From NCBI GenBank assembly GCA_043228905.1, contig JBHGNT010000036.1, forward strand, positions 124,001-188,000: a DNA stretch of 64,000 nt, written 5' to 3'. Both the position numbers and the translations under genes were made by a program. This DNA comes from Azolla caroliniana. Lineage: Eukaryota; Plantae; Polypodiophyta. How positions within the stretch are numbered: the first letter of the stretch is position 1; each line of letters starts with the position of its first letter. The notes under the pieces were generated by a model. That model saw nothing but the letters and a program-made list of their open reading frames with translations. It was not told the origin of the DNA and did not search any database. Positions 48,001 to 61,856 of this stretch are shown here, one piece after another.

Positions 48001-51000
48001 GCCAGCATATCGGTACTCCAAATTTTTTACGTTCTTTCTCGTGACCTGCCTTGGTGGTTAAGCTCACTCTCCTCCATTGCAACCTACTGACAAATGAGAT
48101 GATCTTGTGTTTGGTCGGAGAATCTGCTTGTCCCAGAACTCGCTTGCTGTACTTTCAGCTTGTTCACCAAGTTGACGCTCAGCAATACTGCCTAGAAGAT
48201 TAGCCTTACAAAATCCCACCATGATTGTGTAATAGTTTGTGGTGGCCGATTTCTTTTATTTCCTTTGTACAATGTCTTGATTCAATTTTCTCCCCAGTCT
48301 AGAAGAAAACCATGTACAATTGCCTGATTTGTAAATGAAGGTATCCATCGGGCTATGGAGAGGTGATGGTGGTGATGATGATATATTAATGTCCATGGGA
48401 GCCTAACATGACCCATTGAACCAATAATCTGCCATAAGTTTGGTTCTATGGTCGAGGGAACAAGGAAATATCATTCCTAGTTTCGTTGGCAATTGTTCCA
48501 TCCTCGTTAGGAGTTTTTGAAAGGTAAGAGAACGTTGTAGGAATTCTCAAAAATAATTTCTGATGTCCTTATACATGAGGCACTCTAAAATAACATGTTC
48601 ATCTGTGTCTAGTACATTGAGTTGACATAGGTCATACATTCTCTTTCTCTGTTCAGTACTCAGTCAACCCTAGTTTCTATTTTCAACGTGTGTTAGGTAA
48701 GCATCCAATTGTGATGTTTTCCTTGGATGAATTCTTTTGGATGGTCAATACTAGAGAACAAATTAGGTGATAGAGGGTAGGTATTCTTGTTTTAGTGCCA
48801 TGATGTTCGACTCACTACAAAAGCCTTTATTGGTGTTCAGTCTGCATTATAACTTTCTTCGAATGACATTTTTTGAGCTGAGAGAGAAAGAAAGCTATAT
48901 AACGTCTTTTAAGAGGCCAAAATACTCTATAAGACTAAACAAGATATTACATCTTAAGTGATGTCTCGTCTTTTAAGAGAGAATAGATTAGATTTTTTAT
49001 CGTCCACAAGGAGGGCAATTTTGACCTATGGGACCAAATAAACATATATTGTATGTGACTCCTTAAGAAAGGGGGTTACTACTCTGTAGTAAAAACTCTC
49101 TATGTGAAAAGAATGCATGCACATATGTCCTCACCCTTCTTGGCAGGGATTTGAGTATGGCACTTAAATTATCATGCCTCTCCAACAAATCATCTTACTT
49201 CTCACCGAATACCTTATACGCTGACCATGCGAGAAATGGTATTAATCCTCCACTAGCTTTTCATCACATACCTTGTATATCTTCATACTCGGTGAGATGC
49301 CATGATGCTACCTTGACACCTAACATGTGTGAGTGAGTTCAAAGAAGTGTTGAGGCTCTCCACGACTCAAGTCTCATGGGGTTAGTAAGATGTGGCTGGG
49401 TATGTTCATGCATTTTTACCTTGTATTGGGTGGGGCCAACATTGGGAGAACATTTGCAATGTAATATTCCCATTTTAACATTTTGGCATCGTACGACTTC
49501 ATATTTAGTGCTTTTGATCACATACTTCATAGCATCACTTGAAAGCTCCAAGAGATCTTTTACTCCCATCTTTTCTCCATTTCATGATGTCAAGCGCCCA
49601 ATTAGATGAGAGGATTTTGCTCTTCTTAGTTTTTGTACCTTGCATCCTATATTCCTAGCCAGTCTTGGCAATCTGTGATCGGGCATATTCGGGAGGATTC
49701 TCAAATATATGATAACTATTCCAACCTGTTGGAAGTCTAGATTCATAGCAGAAATTCCACCTATTTGTCGATGGGATATTAATACCAAGATATTTGAAGC
49801 TTTTCACTTGTATTGTTTCTCCCTTGTATGTAAATGTGGGCTGGTTGTGTTGCCTTTATTGCCATCATTTTTGTTTCGTCCATGTTAATAATCAGCCTGC
49901 TGATTTGATAAAATGTTTACGATACATTAAATAAGTGTTGCATATCGTCCAGAGTGTATGAGAATAAAACAGCATCATCAGCATATAGGAGTATAAAAAT
50001 AAGCTCTTTCATGATTTATGGGCCATCTAGTCCTTTCATAGCTGTATTTACTATTTCTTCAAGTTTATTGATGCATAGACCAAAGAGTGTGAGAGAGTGG
50101 GCATGCTTGCTTGACCCCCACGTTGCTCAAGAAGTACTTCGAGAAACCACTGTCCATTTGCAATTGGCACCTAACTTGCTCATGCAATTTGTGCTACAAA
50201 TGCTCTGTACTCTAATGGAATTCTGATCTCTATCATTCTTTTCCAAAGCTCAGTCCTGGGTAAAGTGTCAAAGGCTTTCTTGAAATCCACAATACAGTAG
50301 AATAGGTATTTTATCGTCCATGATGAGGTCAAATTTGACATATGAGACCAATCAACATATTAACTTATATGTGACTCCCAATATTGGGGGTTAATATGTG
50401 CAACCTCATATTTCGTGTAAATTACCTTTATATGTTGAGCATTTGATAAGTGATATTCATCCTCCACTAAGTTTTCATTTGCATACCTTGCATATCTTCA
50501 TGTTTGCGTGATGATTGCCCGATGTTACTTTGACACCTAACTTGTGTGAGTGAGCTTGAAGAAGTGTTAAGGTTCTTTTAGAGCCAAGGTTCTTAGTGGT
50601 AATGAGATTTGATTGGATACATTCTGGCATCGTTTCCTTGTAATGTGGCCAATATTGGGGGTTATATTTGCAATGTAGTATTCCAATTCTGACATTTTAA
50701 CATTTTGCCAATTCATCCTTTGTGCCTCTAGTAATCTATCCTCAACAATCACACATTTCATAGCATCAACTCAGAGCTCCAAGAGGTCTTTTACTCCCCA
50801 TCTCTTAAACCATTTCATAATGTCAAGCACCCAACCAGATGAGAGGATTTTGCACTTGCATCCTATGTTCCAAGCTTGTTAGGGCAATCTATGATCATGC
50901 ATATTCTTGACTTTTGTGATAATACTTGTGTACTCTTTGCATGGTTGCATGATAATACATTAAGTAAGTGTTGCATACCATCTGAATTATGAGATTAATA

Positions 51001-54000
51001 GATAAATAGATTTTATTGTCATCTTCGGAGGTCAAATATGACCTATGAGACCAAAAATATTACATTTCATGTAATACATGTGAAAGTGAGTAGCGACTTT
51101 TGATGGTCAAGACCTTTACCATGAATGTTGCAATCGAGATTGCACATTGTGACTGTTAGGGAAATTTGTGCAAGGATTTGGTTTGGTCAAACATAGTCGA
51201 ATGTGATAAAAGGCAGAGCATTGTATCAAAGTATGAAATTCAAGAATCCCAAACTTGCTTTTAGGAAAGTGTGCATAGTCATCTACTCTCATCACTTGGC
51301 CCCTTCTCACATGGTAGTGTGTGTAAGCTCAGTCGCATAGAAGCAATGGTTCGGATGGCAGAGAATGGGATGGGCCATGATATGTATTGACGTGTGTAGT
51401 TTTTCGTTCGGCGAAGAACATGGTTTTGAAGTTGGGTGCAACATATGTAGTATAATGTGTGAAGCATGAGCCTCCACATTTTTCCCATGTGTCATGATAC
51501 ACTGGCATTGCAAAGAGGTCGCATTTACAGAGGCATTTATTGATGCGTCATGAAGTAAGTGTTGCATCCGACCGGAACACAAATTTTCTTTTATTTGCCT
51601 TTTGGATATTTTTGCTTGCTTCCTATACTAGCCTTGGAAGTCGACGTGAGGAACGTTTTTGAACCTTAAGCATGTATTCGACAATCCTTTCCATGGCCAT
51701 GATCTCAATGGGAAGGGATCCTGTCTCAAGAAGTAGGAGAGTGTATGGTATTTGGTTATGGACTTGAAGAAACTTTGTAAGAAAATGCTTTCGGACATTT
51801 TCAAACTCTTTGCAAGTGAACTTAGGGATGCTATTGTCCCATACTTCCACCCCATAGAGAAGCACTAGTGTCACCAAATTTTCGAAAATGTATTTCTTGA
51901 GGACCCAACACTTAATTTGTCCATGATTGCATGTGTTCTCAAATGCATAATATGCTCTCGTTCTTGCCTCTAGGCAACGGGTAGCACATCTATGAAAAAG
52001 AAAGATATATTAACGTCTTGTAAGATGCCAAAATGGGCTGTAAGACCAAAGAGAGAGAAAGAGAGAGAGAGCTATCAAATTCAAAACCTAAATCGCAGGA
52101 GAGAGGAAGAGGAGAAAGACACTGAAGTAGAGAGAGTACTGGAACAACAGGCTGAATTTATTGAGCAATTTGAGGCTGAAGAGAGCGAGCAGCGAGCTTG
52201 GGAAGCTAGATACGAGGAGCAGAAGGCCAGAGATGAGGAACAGAAGATCCTGGCTAGTCATGAATATTTAGAGGTAATAACTTTTGATCTTGTTGCTCGT
52301 GCATGTTGCATGAGTTTCAATTATCCGTTTTTTTATGTTTTTGTATTGTCTTTTGAACTGCAGAAAGCTGGGGCTGCTTCAAAGCCTTCAGAAGTTAAGC
52401 ATGACATGAAGACAGAATATGAGAACGATGCTAATGTCAAAGAGGTTGAAGATGAGCACAAATCTCCTATTCAGCATGCCGATAAAATTAAGAGCCATCT
52501 CACTGAGAGCTTGGTTGCAGTGCAATGTGAACTTAGTTTTCCAATAGATGAAATCATCGTTGGAAATGATGGCAACGACAGTGTTGACAGTATAGCTGCC
52601 TTTGGTGGCACCGATTCTTGTCATAAAGAGATGTCTAGATCAAGCAATAAGGTCGATTTTCTGTCAGGAATTTCTGATGTTCATATTGATTCATCTGATA
52701 ATGTTGCAAGCCTGCAGTCCACACAGGACTTGGTGTCTAGAAAACCAGAAGGCATATTGCAAAACCAGGACAATAGAGACATCAACATTGAGGATGACAT
52801 GGCAAATCATACACAAGACTGTTCTATTGAGGTTGAGAAACCAAATCGGTATAGGAAACATCTTTCATCCAGTTTTCGATTTGCCGTACATAATGAGTCT
52901 GACCAGATAACAGTAGGCTCCCCAGAAATGCCAGGCTTTGCATCTAATGAGTCCAAGATACATTTGAGGGATAAATTGAAAGACACACTGATAGAAGAAC
53001 CCCTAAAATGTCCACTTGCAAATGCTGCGGAATGGCCAAGTAATCATGGAGTCTCCGAAAATAGAAACCACAGTGAGAACTCTAATTCCATTGTAACTAC
53101 TTTCAATGCACCGATCTGTGTTTCTGGAAATAGCAATGCTTCTGGACAAAGCAATAATTCTCAGGCTGGATCAAGAGAGACACAGTCAGTGGTTTTAAAC
53201 ATGAACCAAGATAATCAATTAAATTTGACAGCTGAAAATCATCTGGTTGATGGAAATTTGCAATCAGGTAATACTGGTCACCATGACTGTACCTCAGGAA
53301 ATGCTGAAGGGCCAAGTGATCATGGAGTCTCCAAAACTACAAAAAGCACCAAGAACTCTACTACCATCGTAACTACGTTCAATGAACATATTCATGTTTC
53401 TGGAAATAGCAATACTTCTGGACAAAGCAATAATTCCCAGACTAGATCAACAGAGACACAGCCAATGGTTTTAAACATGACCCAAGAGAGTCAATCAAAT
53501 TTGGCAGCTGAAAATCATCTGGTTGACAGAAACTTGCAGACAGGAAATATTGGTCATCATGACTATAGCTCAGCATTCCCACTAGCTATGGCTAGCTTCT
53601 CAACAAACCCGGAATTGCAATATGGATCAATGCTGCGGGACAGATCAAAATCTGGAGGTGGGAAGTCTGGTGCCCCTGTCTCCACTATGTCTGATGCAAG
53701 GATGAATCAGGGTATAACCGTACAGAATCGTCATAAATCCTTAGATGGTCTTGAGAGAGTCGATGATGTTTTGAGGGCGTTGCAACTAGCGAAGCATCAG
53801 ATTCAGACATCCCGTATGCCATTGGAAGGTGTTGATATTGCTTATAGGGGTGCCTATGATGGAAGGGATGTTTTCTATACTGGACCCTCAAACATCTCAA
53901 ACGTTTTGCCACACCATGCTGCCCATGCATCATATCTATCTCATGATCTGAACGCTTATCCTGCGAATATACCAGGCTGGGGTGCAAGTTATGTAGGTTC

Positions 54001-54175
54001 ATCAAGACAGTTGCTGAATACAGTGTCGTATGCACAATATGGATCCAGGATGCCTGAAAGACGCCCTCTTTGGCCTCAGTATCCATCACCATCAGACGGA
54101 GTCCATAGTGATCTCCATTCTTATGGAGCTCCTGATAGCAATCTCAACTACTATCATCTAGGGGAGAATAGATAG
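45047..54175 (+). CDS. Plant coiled-coil protein, At3g52240-like (recalled similarity), 5 exons
   Basis: Exons 45047-45111, 45207-45339, 45430-45944, 52099-52273, 52364-54175 (GT-AG, phases match). Conserved blocks MTIEFLRARLLSERSVSKAARERADQLA, VLEQQAEFIEQFEAEE..QRAWE, VLRALQLAK. A small missed exon in the long intron cannot be excluded. Confidence 0.8.
47400..52050 (-). mobile_element. Stack of decayed, 5'-truncated RTEX-like LINE fragments in intron 3
   Basis: Minus-strand RT remnants (YCIVDFKKAFD at ~50270-50300; LLYADD-like at ~47800 and ~49980; LLYGVEVW..LLETG.LPIEI at 51623-51877) and family 3' ends at ~48900, 49000, 50315, 51015 and 52015. Confidence 0.75.
53021..53575 (+). repeat. 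In-frame tandem duplication of ~92-93 codons in exon 5
   Basis: PS.HGVS....S.NS..IVTTFN..I.VSGNSN.SGQSNNSQ..S.ETQ..VLNM.Q..Q.NL.AENHLVD.NLQ.GN.GHHD occurs twice, ~276 bp apart. Confidence 0.92.
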
Positions 54176-55446
54176 AAACAACGAACTATTGTGCCATAAT
54201 TGTACAACAGGCTTAATGTATTTAGTGTCGACATGTAACTTGTTATGAGCTTTTATGGTTCAACGTTTATTTTTCACCTGTACTTGTTTATACAGGTTTT
54301 ATCAATAATTAATTCTTGTGAAGGCAGTGTGAATGTCCAACTGATTTTGCGTATCTCCATAGAATTAGAAGAAATAGGGAATGAATCCTGTTGCAAAATG
54401 GTGAGCCCCTAAACTTAATGGGAATGGTTTAGAATTTAGGGGGGTGACCCATAAAATTAGAAGAGATAGGGAATGGTGTATGTTTTCCATATTGAATAGC
54501 AGGATCTCGTTACGTATAAGGGAAAATATAGTAAATATCAAAACTCCAAGAAATATATATGTGCACATACACGATATGGATTGCTATTGAGAATTTTTCC
54601 CTCACGAAAAATTTAAATTTGGAACTGGAAACATAGTTTATGGATTTCAGAGAATTTTGGCATGTCTTCACTGATTGTTTCCATTCTTTTTGTGTCTGAT
54701 TAAATGTGACAATTGCAAATGTTTCCTATTATGGTTTATAATGTTTTATGTTTTGTTCATGTAATGTAACAAATATCCTCTGTTAACTCAGTCATATGGT
54801 AACTTGTTCTTCATTGTAATTTTAGTCTATTATGGTGTCTTTCATTTAAATTGTTTATATTTTCAAGCCATTCAATGGAACTGTGTTTTAATGGTTTTTC
54901 GTACAGTCTTATGTGTAGAGTGGTGTTTGATTTTTATAGCAAAGTGTTTACATTTATTATGTAGTATTTGGCAAAAATTTATTTATACTAATTTATAAAC
55001 GAGTCATAAAATGGATTGCACATGTACGTACGTGATAGAAAATATAGTTTATATGAGTTGGTTTGAAACATATATTTCTTAAATGAAACTTTCCACGAAA
55101 CAAGTTATTCTAGGCAATTTTTGTAACCTTTTAGAGAAGCTTGGAAAGGAAGTTTGTAACATTATGTTCCCAATGGAATTTTATTTTTTTTTCCAAAAAA
55201 ATTCTACTTCCATTAGTTAAGAAAAAATACATAGAATAATATACAACTCATATGTTACAAGCCACTTTGCAATGGCTACAAGAAAAAATCATGTATAAAT
55301 GAAACAACAAAGCCTCGTCACATAATTGCTCGATAGACTCCCATCAACATGAGCCTCACACAACCCACATTCAGCAAAGACACCCTCCAATTTCTTCACA
55401 ATTCAACACCTACCTCTATGTTTGGTACCCTAGGAGGCAACAACCA

Positions 55447-58400
55447 TCAGGGTGGCTGATATATCCACTTTGCATTGCCATCCACCATATGTAACATTGG
55501 AGAACCTCTCCATTTAAGAAGGAAGCGGTACCTAGCTTCTTCACTTGCATCAAAGGGCCCCTGAAGGCTGTTAAACTTACCTTGTAGTGTAGAAATTAGA
55601 TTAAACCAAATCATCATTAAACTCTCAGCCGATGGGGTTTGCTTCTCGGTAAATGACTCCTTACACCTTGATACCCACACTTACCAAACAATAAGGCCAA
55701 CCACTAAAAACCAAACATCTATGTACCGTTCCTGTATGAAGAATGAATCTCCGTGAGCTGCAGGCTGAATTGTACCATTCACTACCTTTAAAGAAGGGCT
55801 ATTTCCATTCCATCGACGAAACCATGCAACCAATTCAATAGCTAACCAAACAACAACTGCACTTGATACCTGAACTTCAACCCTGCATTGAACCAGAATT
55901 CTTAAGCTCCTCGTCCAAACTTCTTGGGCTCGCGGGCAACTCCATAAACAATGGGCGATGTCCTCCAAACTCGCTCCACAGGCCTTGTAGTTACTCACGC
56001 CACCCCTTTTCCCCAGCCACTCTCCGGTTGGAACAACCTGATGGGTGATTAGGCAAAAAAACACCTTGACCCTCTCGGGGAGGGAAGAGTTCCATACCCT
56101 GCTCTTGGTTTTATCTACAAAGACCGAATCAACAACTACATGGGTCCATTTGTTGACACACTTCTCACGATGCAAGCATAAATGTTTCCCCAAGCGAATT
56201 GAGAAGTCAAAGAAACCATTTGATTTACCTTGTTCATCCCTCCACATATATTCTGTAGGATCCCATTCTAAACACTCAAGGGGCTTGCCTTCAACTACAT
56301 ACAAGATCCAATCCTCCTCAACCTCAACGACTGATGGATTCACCTTCCATTTCTTACCGTCTCGTGCCACAATTCTAATCGGGGACCAACGAGCACTTGC
56401 AACTACACATCCCAACTGGATGATTTTCCGATTCTTTCCTTGGCATTGATAACTTTTCCGGCATCATCACATTCTTCGAACCATTCACCCTCGTCCCCAT
56501 TACTAATAGGAACAGAGTAAACAACTTTATCGACTAGATCAAGCATCTTCCTACCATTTCTAAACTTTCTCGCATCTTCATACAATTTATCCTGATTACT
56601 AGGGGACAACTGCATCCAATTTGCCATTGACTGAATGTCAACACCATGCAATATAGCCCACGGCATACCCTTGCGCTGGCCAAGCATCTTCCCCTTGGTC
56701 GACTTTAAGGTCTCGTTCCACAATAGGGGTTGGTGCATCCATTCAACATTAGTACTTGGACCTCTACGCTTAAGATGCCCACGGAGCATATCCCACGCCT
56801 TCATCACTGACATACATGTGTGATCAGCCAATCGATTAGATTTCCTAAGCTTTAAGTCCATACAAAAGAGCCATGATTTATGTGGCTTCCAATGCCCACC
56901 AAGTCGTGGACTCCAAAGGATGCTCTTATTAAAAATCAATGTTTTCCATAACTCATTTCCAAGCAACAAGCTCCTTACCAATACCTTACATAGCAATGAT
57001 TGACTTTGTACTCCAGGGTCGATCAATCCTGAACCCCCCTTACTTTTGGGAAGAATCAATGTAGACCATGATACTTTAGCTGTCATGTTGTCTTTCCTAT
57101 TCCCAACCCACAGAAAGCCCCTAATACATGCTTTAACAATACGAATAACATGCTTGTCAAACATCCACATTAAGACCGCATGCCACATAGTAGACAAGAG
57201 CACATGGCTAGCTACTATGATCCTGCCAGCTAATGATAAATTCATCCCTGACCAGATACGGATTTTGTTGCAACTGAATTTTTTTGTCGATATCTACATC
57301 AATCCACATTCCTAGATATTTGATGCCTTCCCCTTTTGCAATCCATTTGAAATCAACATTTGGTTTCCATATCGGCTCGGCCTCCGAGCTAATCCAAAAA
57401 CCTTTGGACTTATTCCAATTGATGGCGGCTCCCGATGCTTTGCAAAAGAGATTGATAGAAATTTGTGCCCTCCCCAAATTCGCGTCATTACCTTGGAGGT
57501 ATAACATCGTATCATCCACGAACTCCGAGTCGAGCAAGGACTTCCTTGTGTTAGGGATTGAAAGACCATGTAAATTTGCCATCTGACTATTCAAAAAGGA
57601 AGACATTGCTTCAGTAATAAAGAGGAATAGAAAGGGGGCGAGAGGACAACCTTGCATGATGGATCTAGTTTGAGAGATTCTAGCTCCTTTCCTCCCTGCA
57701 AACAACACCTTATTTGAGCCATTCTTATATAGGGCTTGAGCAACACACCTCCATGCCCACGGTAGCTCAATCACCTTCATCACTTCTTCAAGGAAATACC
57801 ATTGCAATTGATCATAGGCTTTCTCGAAGTCAAGCATCAGACAAGCTAAGTTTTGCTTGGTCTCCCTTGTTGTCGCAACAGCCTCCCAAAACAAGATCAC
57901 ATTGTCCATAATAGATCGATGCTCCATGAAACCAGTTCAATGATTGGTCTGGATGATATCTCCTAGAAAGGGCTTGACTCTCTGCACTAGTATGTTAGCA
58001 AATTTTTTATAAATGAGATTTAAAATGGTGATGGGCCTCCATTGTCTAATCTCGTGCGACACCTTCTACAATTTAGGAATCAAGTATATCAATCCTTCGT
58101 TGAAGCTACTCGGCATCCTTCCCGTTCTCCACATTTCCTGGAATCCAGCTTCGAAACTAGGAAAAATATGCTCCCAAAATTCCACGAAGAAGGCTTTGGG
58201 AAGGCCGTCAACTCCTGGGCAAGCCCTGCTATGAATCCTATCTAGCCCCGCTACAATCTCTTCCTTCTCTATGGTCTTTGACAACTATGATTTGGCTACC
58301 TCTCCAATCTTGGTCTTCAAGCATGCAACTACATGATGCATCAAGTGAATCAGTGGGGCTTCTATCAATGTTGGAGCTAAAAGGTCTTTGTAATACTTCG

Positions 58401-59654
58401 TTGCCATTTGCAAGATTTCATCTTGGTCAGTTGTCACCGAATCATCCTCTCTCTTAAGATTTAGAATAGGCTTTCCCTTCAGTTTTGGAGCCTTGGTGAG
58501 AAAAAACTCACTGTTAACTTTATCTCCCTTGACAACCCATCGTGCTGCCGATTTTCTGAAGAGGAATTGCTCCCTTTGCTGCCTAATCTCCTACAACACC
58601 CTTGTGGCTTCATGCAGTCTATCTTTTGCCCAAGAACAATGTGCGTCCACTTGCGTAAGCTTTTGAGCTGGGGTGACTAACAAGCGTTGTAGTTGGGAAC
58701 GACACCTTACCAGCTCCTCTCTAGACGCTTTCTGAAGAGCATGAGAAGAATTAATAATCTTTTCCTCTAGTACCTGTAACAGGTCGTCGGATGATGGAGA
58801 TGCTGACCAGATGTTAATCACTTCTTCCTTAACCTTATGGTACCAAAAATCTTCGCAGGAATCCTCAAATTGCACTCACTCTTCTTCTTATGAATAGGAT
58901 TGAGAGTCAAGGAAACTGGAAGGTGATCGGAGTAGGTAAAGCCAACTAGAATGGATGTGCAACCACTCCAATCCTCAATTTTGGGGCTCACATAGATGCG
59001 GTCCAATCTAGAATGACATCCTTCACTTTCCTTCCAACCAAATCGTGAAAACCGCAAGGAGTTCTCCTCAACCACCATACTAGAATGCCAAGAATCTCTG
59101 ATTCCAAGAATAGCAATTAGGAAACCCCATGCTCTAAGCTCCTCTCCTTGTAACAAGTTTGAGTGAGCCCCCAAACAATCATTGGTCCTCTTAGTCATGT
59201 TGAAATCTCCTGCTACTATCTAGCTTTCATAAGAGGGAATTTTGTTTGCCAGCTCGCTCCAAAAAGAGGTCCTCTCACTGCTACTATTTGGTGCATAGAC
59301 ATTCAAGACCCCAAATTTCACATTCCTCCATTCCAGGTAACAGAACATGACCCTTCCTTCTATCAGTATGCCATGGTCCAAAATGGTGATATCTAGTGAT
59401 TTTCTCGCCGAAATACAGACTCCACCTCTCCTCTCTAGCACGCCGTGAGCTGGAGCCCACCATATGTGCCAATCCCCTGGCAACGGGTCTTTGAACAGTT
59501 TTGTCCTTTCTCGGCCAAGGTGATGCTCTTGTAAGAGCAAAATATCAATCTTCCTACATAAGCTAACAACTTCAAATTCCTTCCTAAAAATTTGCTTCTC
59601 AAGCAGATGATGGGACCCACCAAGTCCTTGCACATTCCAAGAGAAAAGTCTCAT
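55447..59654 (-). pseudogene. L1 ORF2 (EN-RT-zf), fragmented
   Basis: Collinear ORF fragments from 59654 down to 55447 with the motifs above. Confidence 0.88.
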
Positions 59655-59699
59655 TGAATTGGGTTCAAAAGAAAGGCTAAGGGGGATTCACCCTTGCTT

Positions 59700-61856
59700 G
59701 ACAAATATGTCGTCATCATACTCCATATGTTTTCCCACTCCATTCTTATTTCCCTTTTTTGATCAGTGGGTAATTAATTCACCACAGTGGAAGTGGAATT
59801 GACCAGGATTTCGCATAAGATCGCGCACCCTTCATATGCAAACCAAGGGAACATTTGGACCAAGTTCAAAAATCTCCCCATGTATGAGGGAGCTCTTCCA
59901 TTGTGCATGCATCCCCTTAGCTTCGTTTTCAGGTATAAGGTATTGCATACACACTGCTGCCCTGTTACAGAACGTCTTCAAAGAGGATTCTTCTCCCCTT
60001 CCATCTTCCAAATCAGGCTCCAAGTTGAAGGAGCAACCGATCTCCGGTCTACTAGAGTCACTATTGATGAGGACCATGTGTGCTCTATTCCAACCGTGAA
60101 CTCTTTCCTTGGGAGTACCAATGTCCACTGTGACCTTGGGTACCTCCATACCTTGCATCTTCTAATCTTTCATCATAACAAAATCAACTCCCCCAATCGA
60201 GGGATTTCCAGCCTCAATCTAGGCAATCATTTTCTGCACTTCACTAATACCCATGTCCACATGACTCTCCTTGTCCTCCCCTTTCCTAATCCATGCCTTA
60301 ACCGTTCTTAGGTCTGATGGAACTCTCTTGCCCTGGCTTTCAGAGGGCTCTACATGTGTTTCTAGGGTCTCGACTCTTGGAAGAAAATCAATCGGAGTTG
60401 TCAAAATTATCTCACCCTCTTCGGGTTCCTCTTCCCTTTGTGACAAGATATCAAATTTGTTCGAACTGGAACCGACACTTGTAGGAGGACCCTTTTGATT
60501 GTGAATGCTAGACCTAGCCACTTTCCTTGGCGTTACCCATCCTTCTTCCCCAATGACTTGCTTCCCAACATGAGCAAGGATCCTCTGCCCTCCCATCACT
60601 AACAATGGGTTATTGGGCATCTTGGTGCCCCGATTTCCTTTGCCTTCTCTTTTCTTCCAATACAAAGGGCACTGTTTGGCCCTATGGCCCATTTGCTTAC
60701 ATGGAAAGCACTGGCCCGACAAAACTTCATAGCTAACCTTCACCACCCTTAGGCCAAAATCCTTTGTGTGGACTCAAATCTCTGTTGGCAGTTCTTTTAT
60801 GTCTCTAACCAACACCTTAAGCTTGGGGATTTCTGCAACCTTATCGGCAAATGGAGGTTTCTCTATACATACCATCCCAATATAGTGTGCCAACTTTGGG
60901 ATCAAATGATGGAGTTGGAAGGGTAGGTCTAGGAAGCATACGGTAATGACCATTGGAGTGCCCGTTTTTTTATGCTCCTCCATTGCATTAAAGTCTGGAC
61001 TCCATTAAAAAATCATGGATTTGCCATACTTGAGTGTAATCTATTTGTGGTCCAAAATTTCTTGCACATTATGGCCTTCTTCTAGGACCACATGGTGATA
61101 ATTAAGGCCCATTCGCAAAATGTTTAGGATAGGCGGCATTTTACCCAAAAGGGCTACTTGTAGCATGTCTCTTAACAACCCTTTCCTAGGGCGTCCTCCT
61201 AATAACTGACATATGAATGATGAACATTGCAACCTACCCACTTCTTCAGCCAACCTTTGATTCTCGGCCGGAGAAAGATAGAGGTCGATTCCTTTTCTTT
61301 TGTCAATGTTCTCCTCCACCGGCTTCTCTTGGACTAAATTGAAGTCAATAAACTCCTTTTCTATCATGCCATTGTTAATGATTTCCTTGGTATTCATTTC
61401 GGCAAGTGCCGTGTTCAGCTCCCCCCTATCGGCTTCTGGTCCTTTGGGTCCAAATGCGTACAAATGGACATACCAGTATCTAATATTTCAGCTTGAGGAG
61501 GGTTGGGAATCATACCTGTTCTGATTATGTCCACTGGAGGAAGCTTGACTGCCGCCATCTCCAAAAGATTGTTGCAGCTCTTTGTGCTTTGACCTTGCAT
61601 CATCAATAGCCACCTTCCCATCGTGCGGCCGCCCATTGCCGAAGACTTTTCCCTATAGACTATCTTCATTGCCAATCTCGGTTTGGTTCGTGCTATCCGA
61701 CGAGAGGTTTGCCGACGAAAAGGCAAAGAAGGACATCGAGGATGATGGAAGGAATCTTTCCCTTTCGCCCTCACCTGCTTTTCCTCCATCGTCTCCTCAG
61801 ACCGCTGCCCCATCCTACTTCTCTGTCGCTCCCTTGTCACTGTTTTCATTAACCAT
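59700..61856 (-). pseudogene. L1 ORF1 (DUF4283-like plus CCHC), fragmented
   Basis: ATG at 61856; fragments 61041-61463, 60774-60983, 60219-60746 (Zn knuckle), 59832-60158. Confidence 0.75.

Noticed and set aside
51992-52098. Start of the 727-aa ORF as a standalone gene
   Set aside because: This stretch is a LINE 3' remnant plus GA repeats; the conserved protein begins at the phase-matched acceptor 52099.
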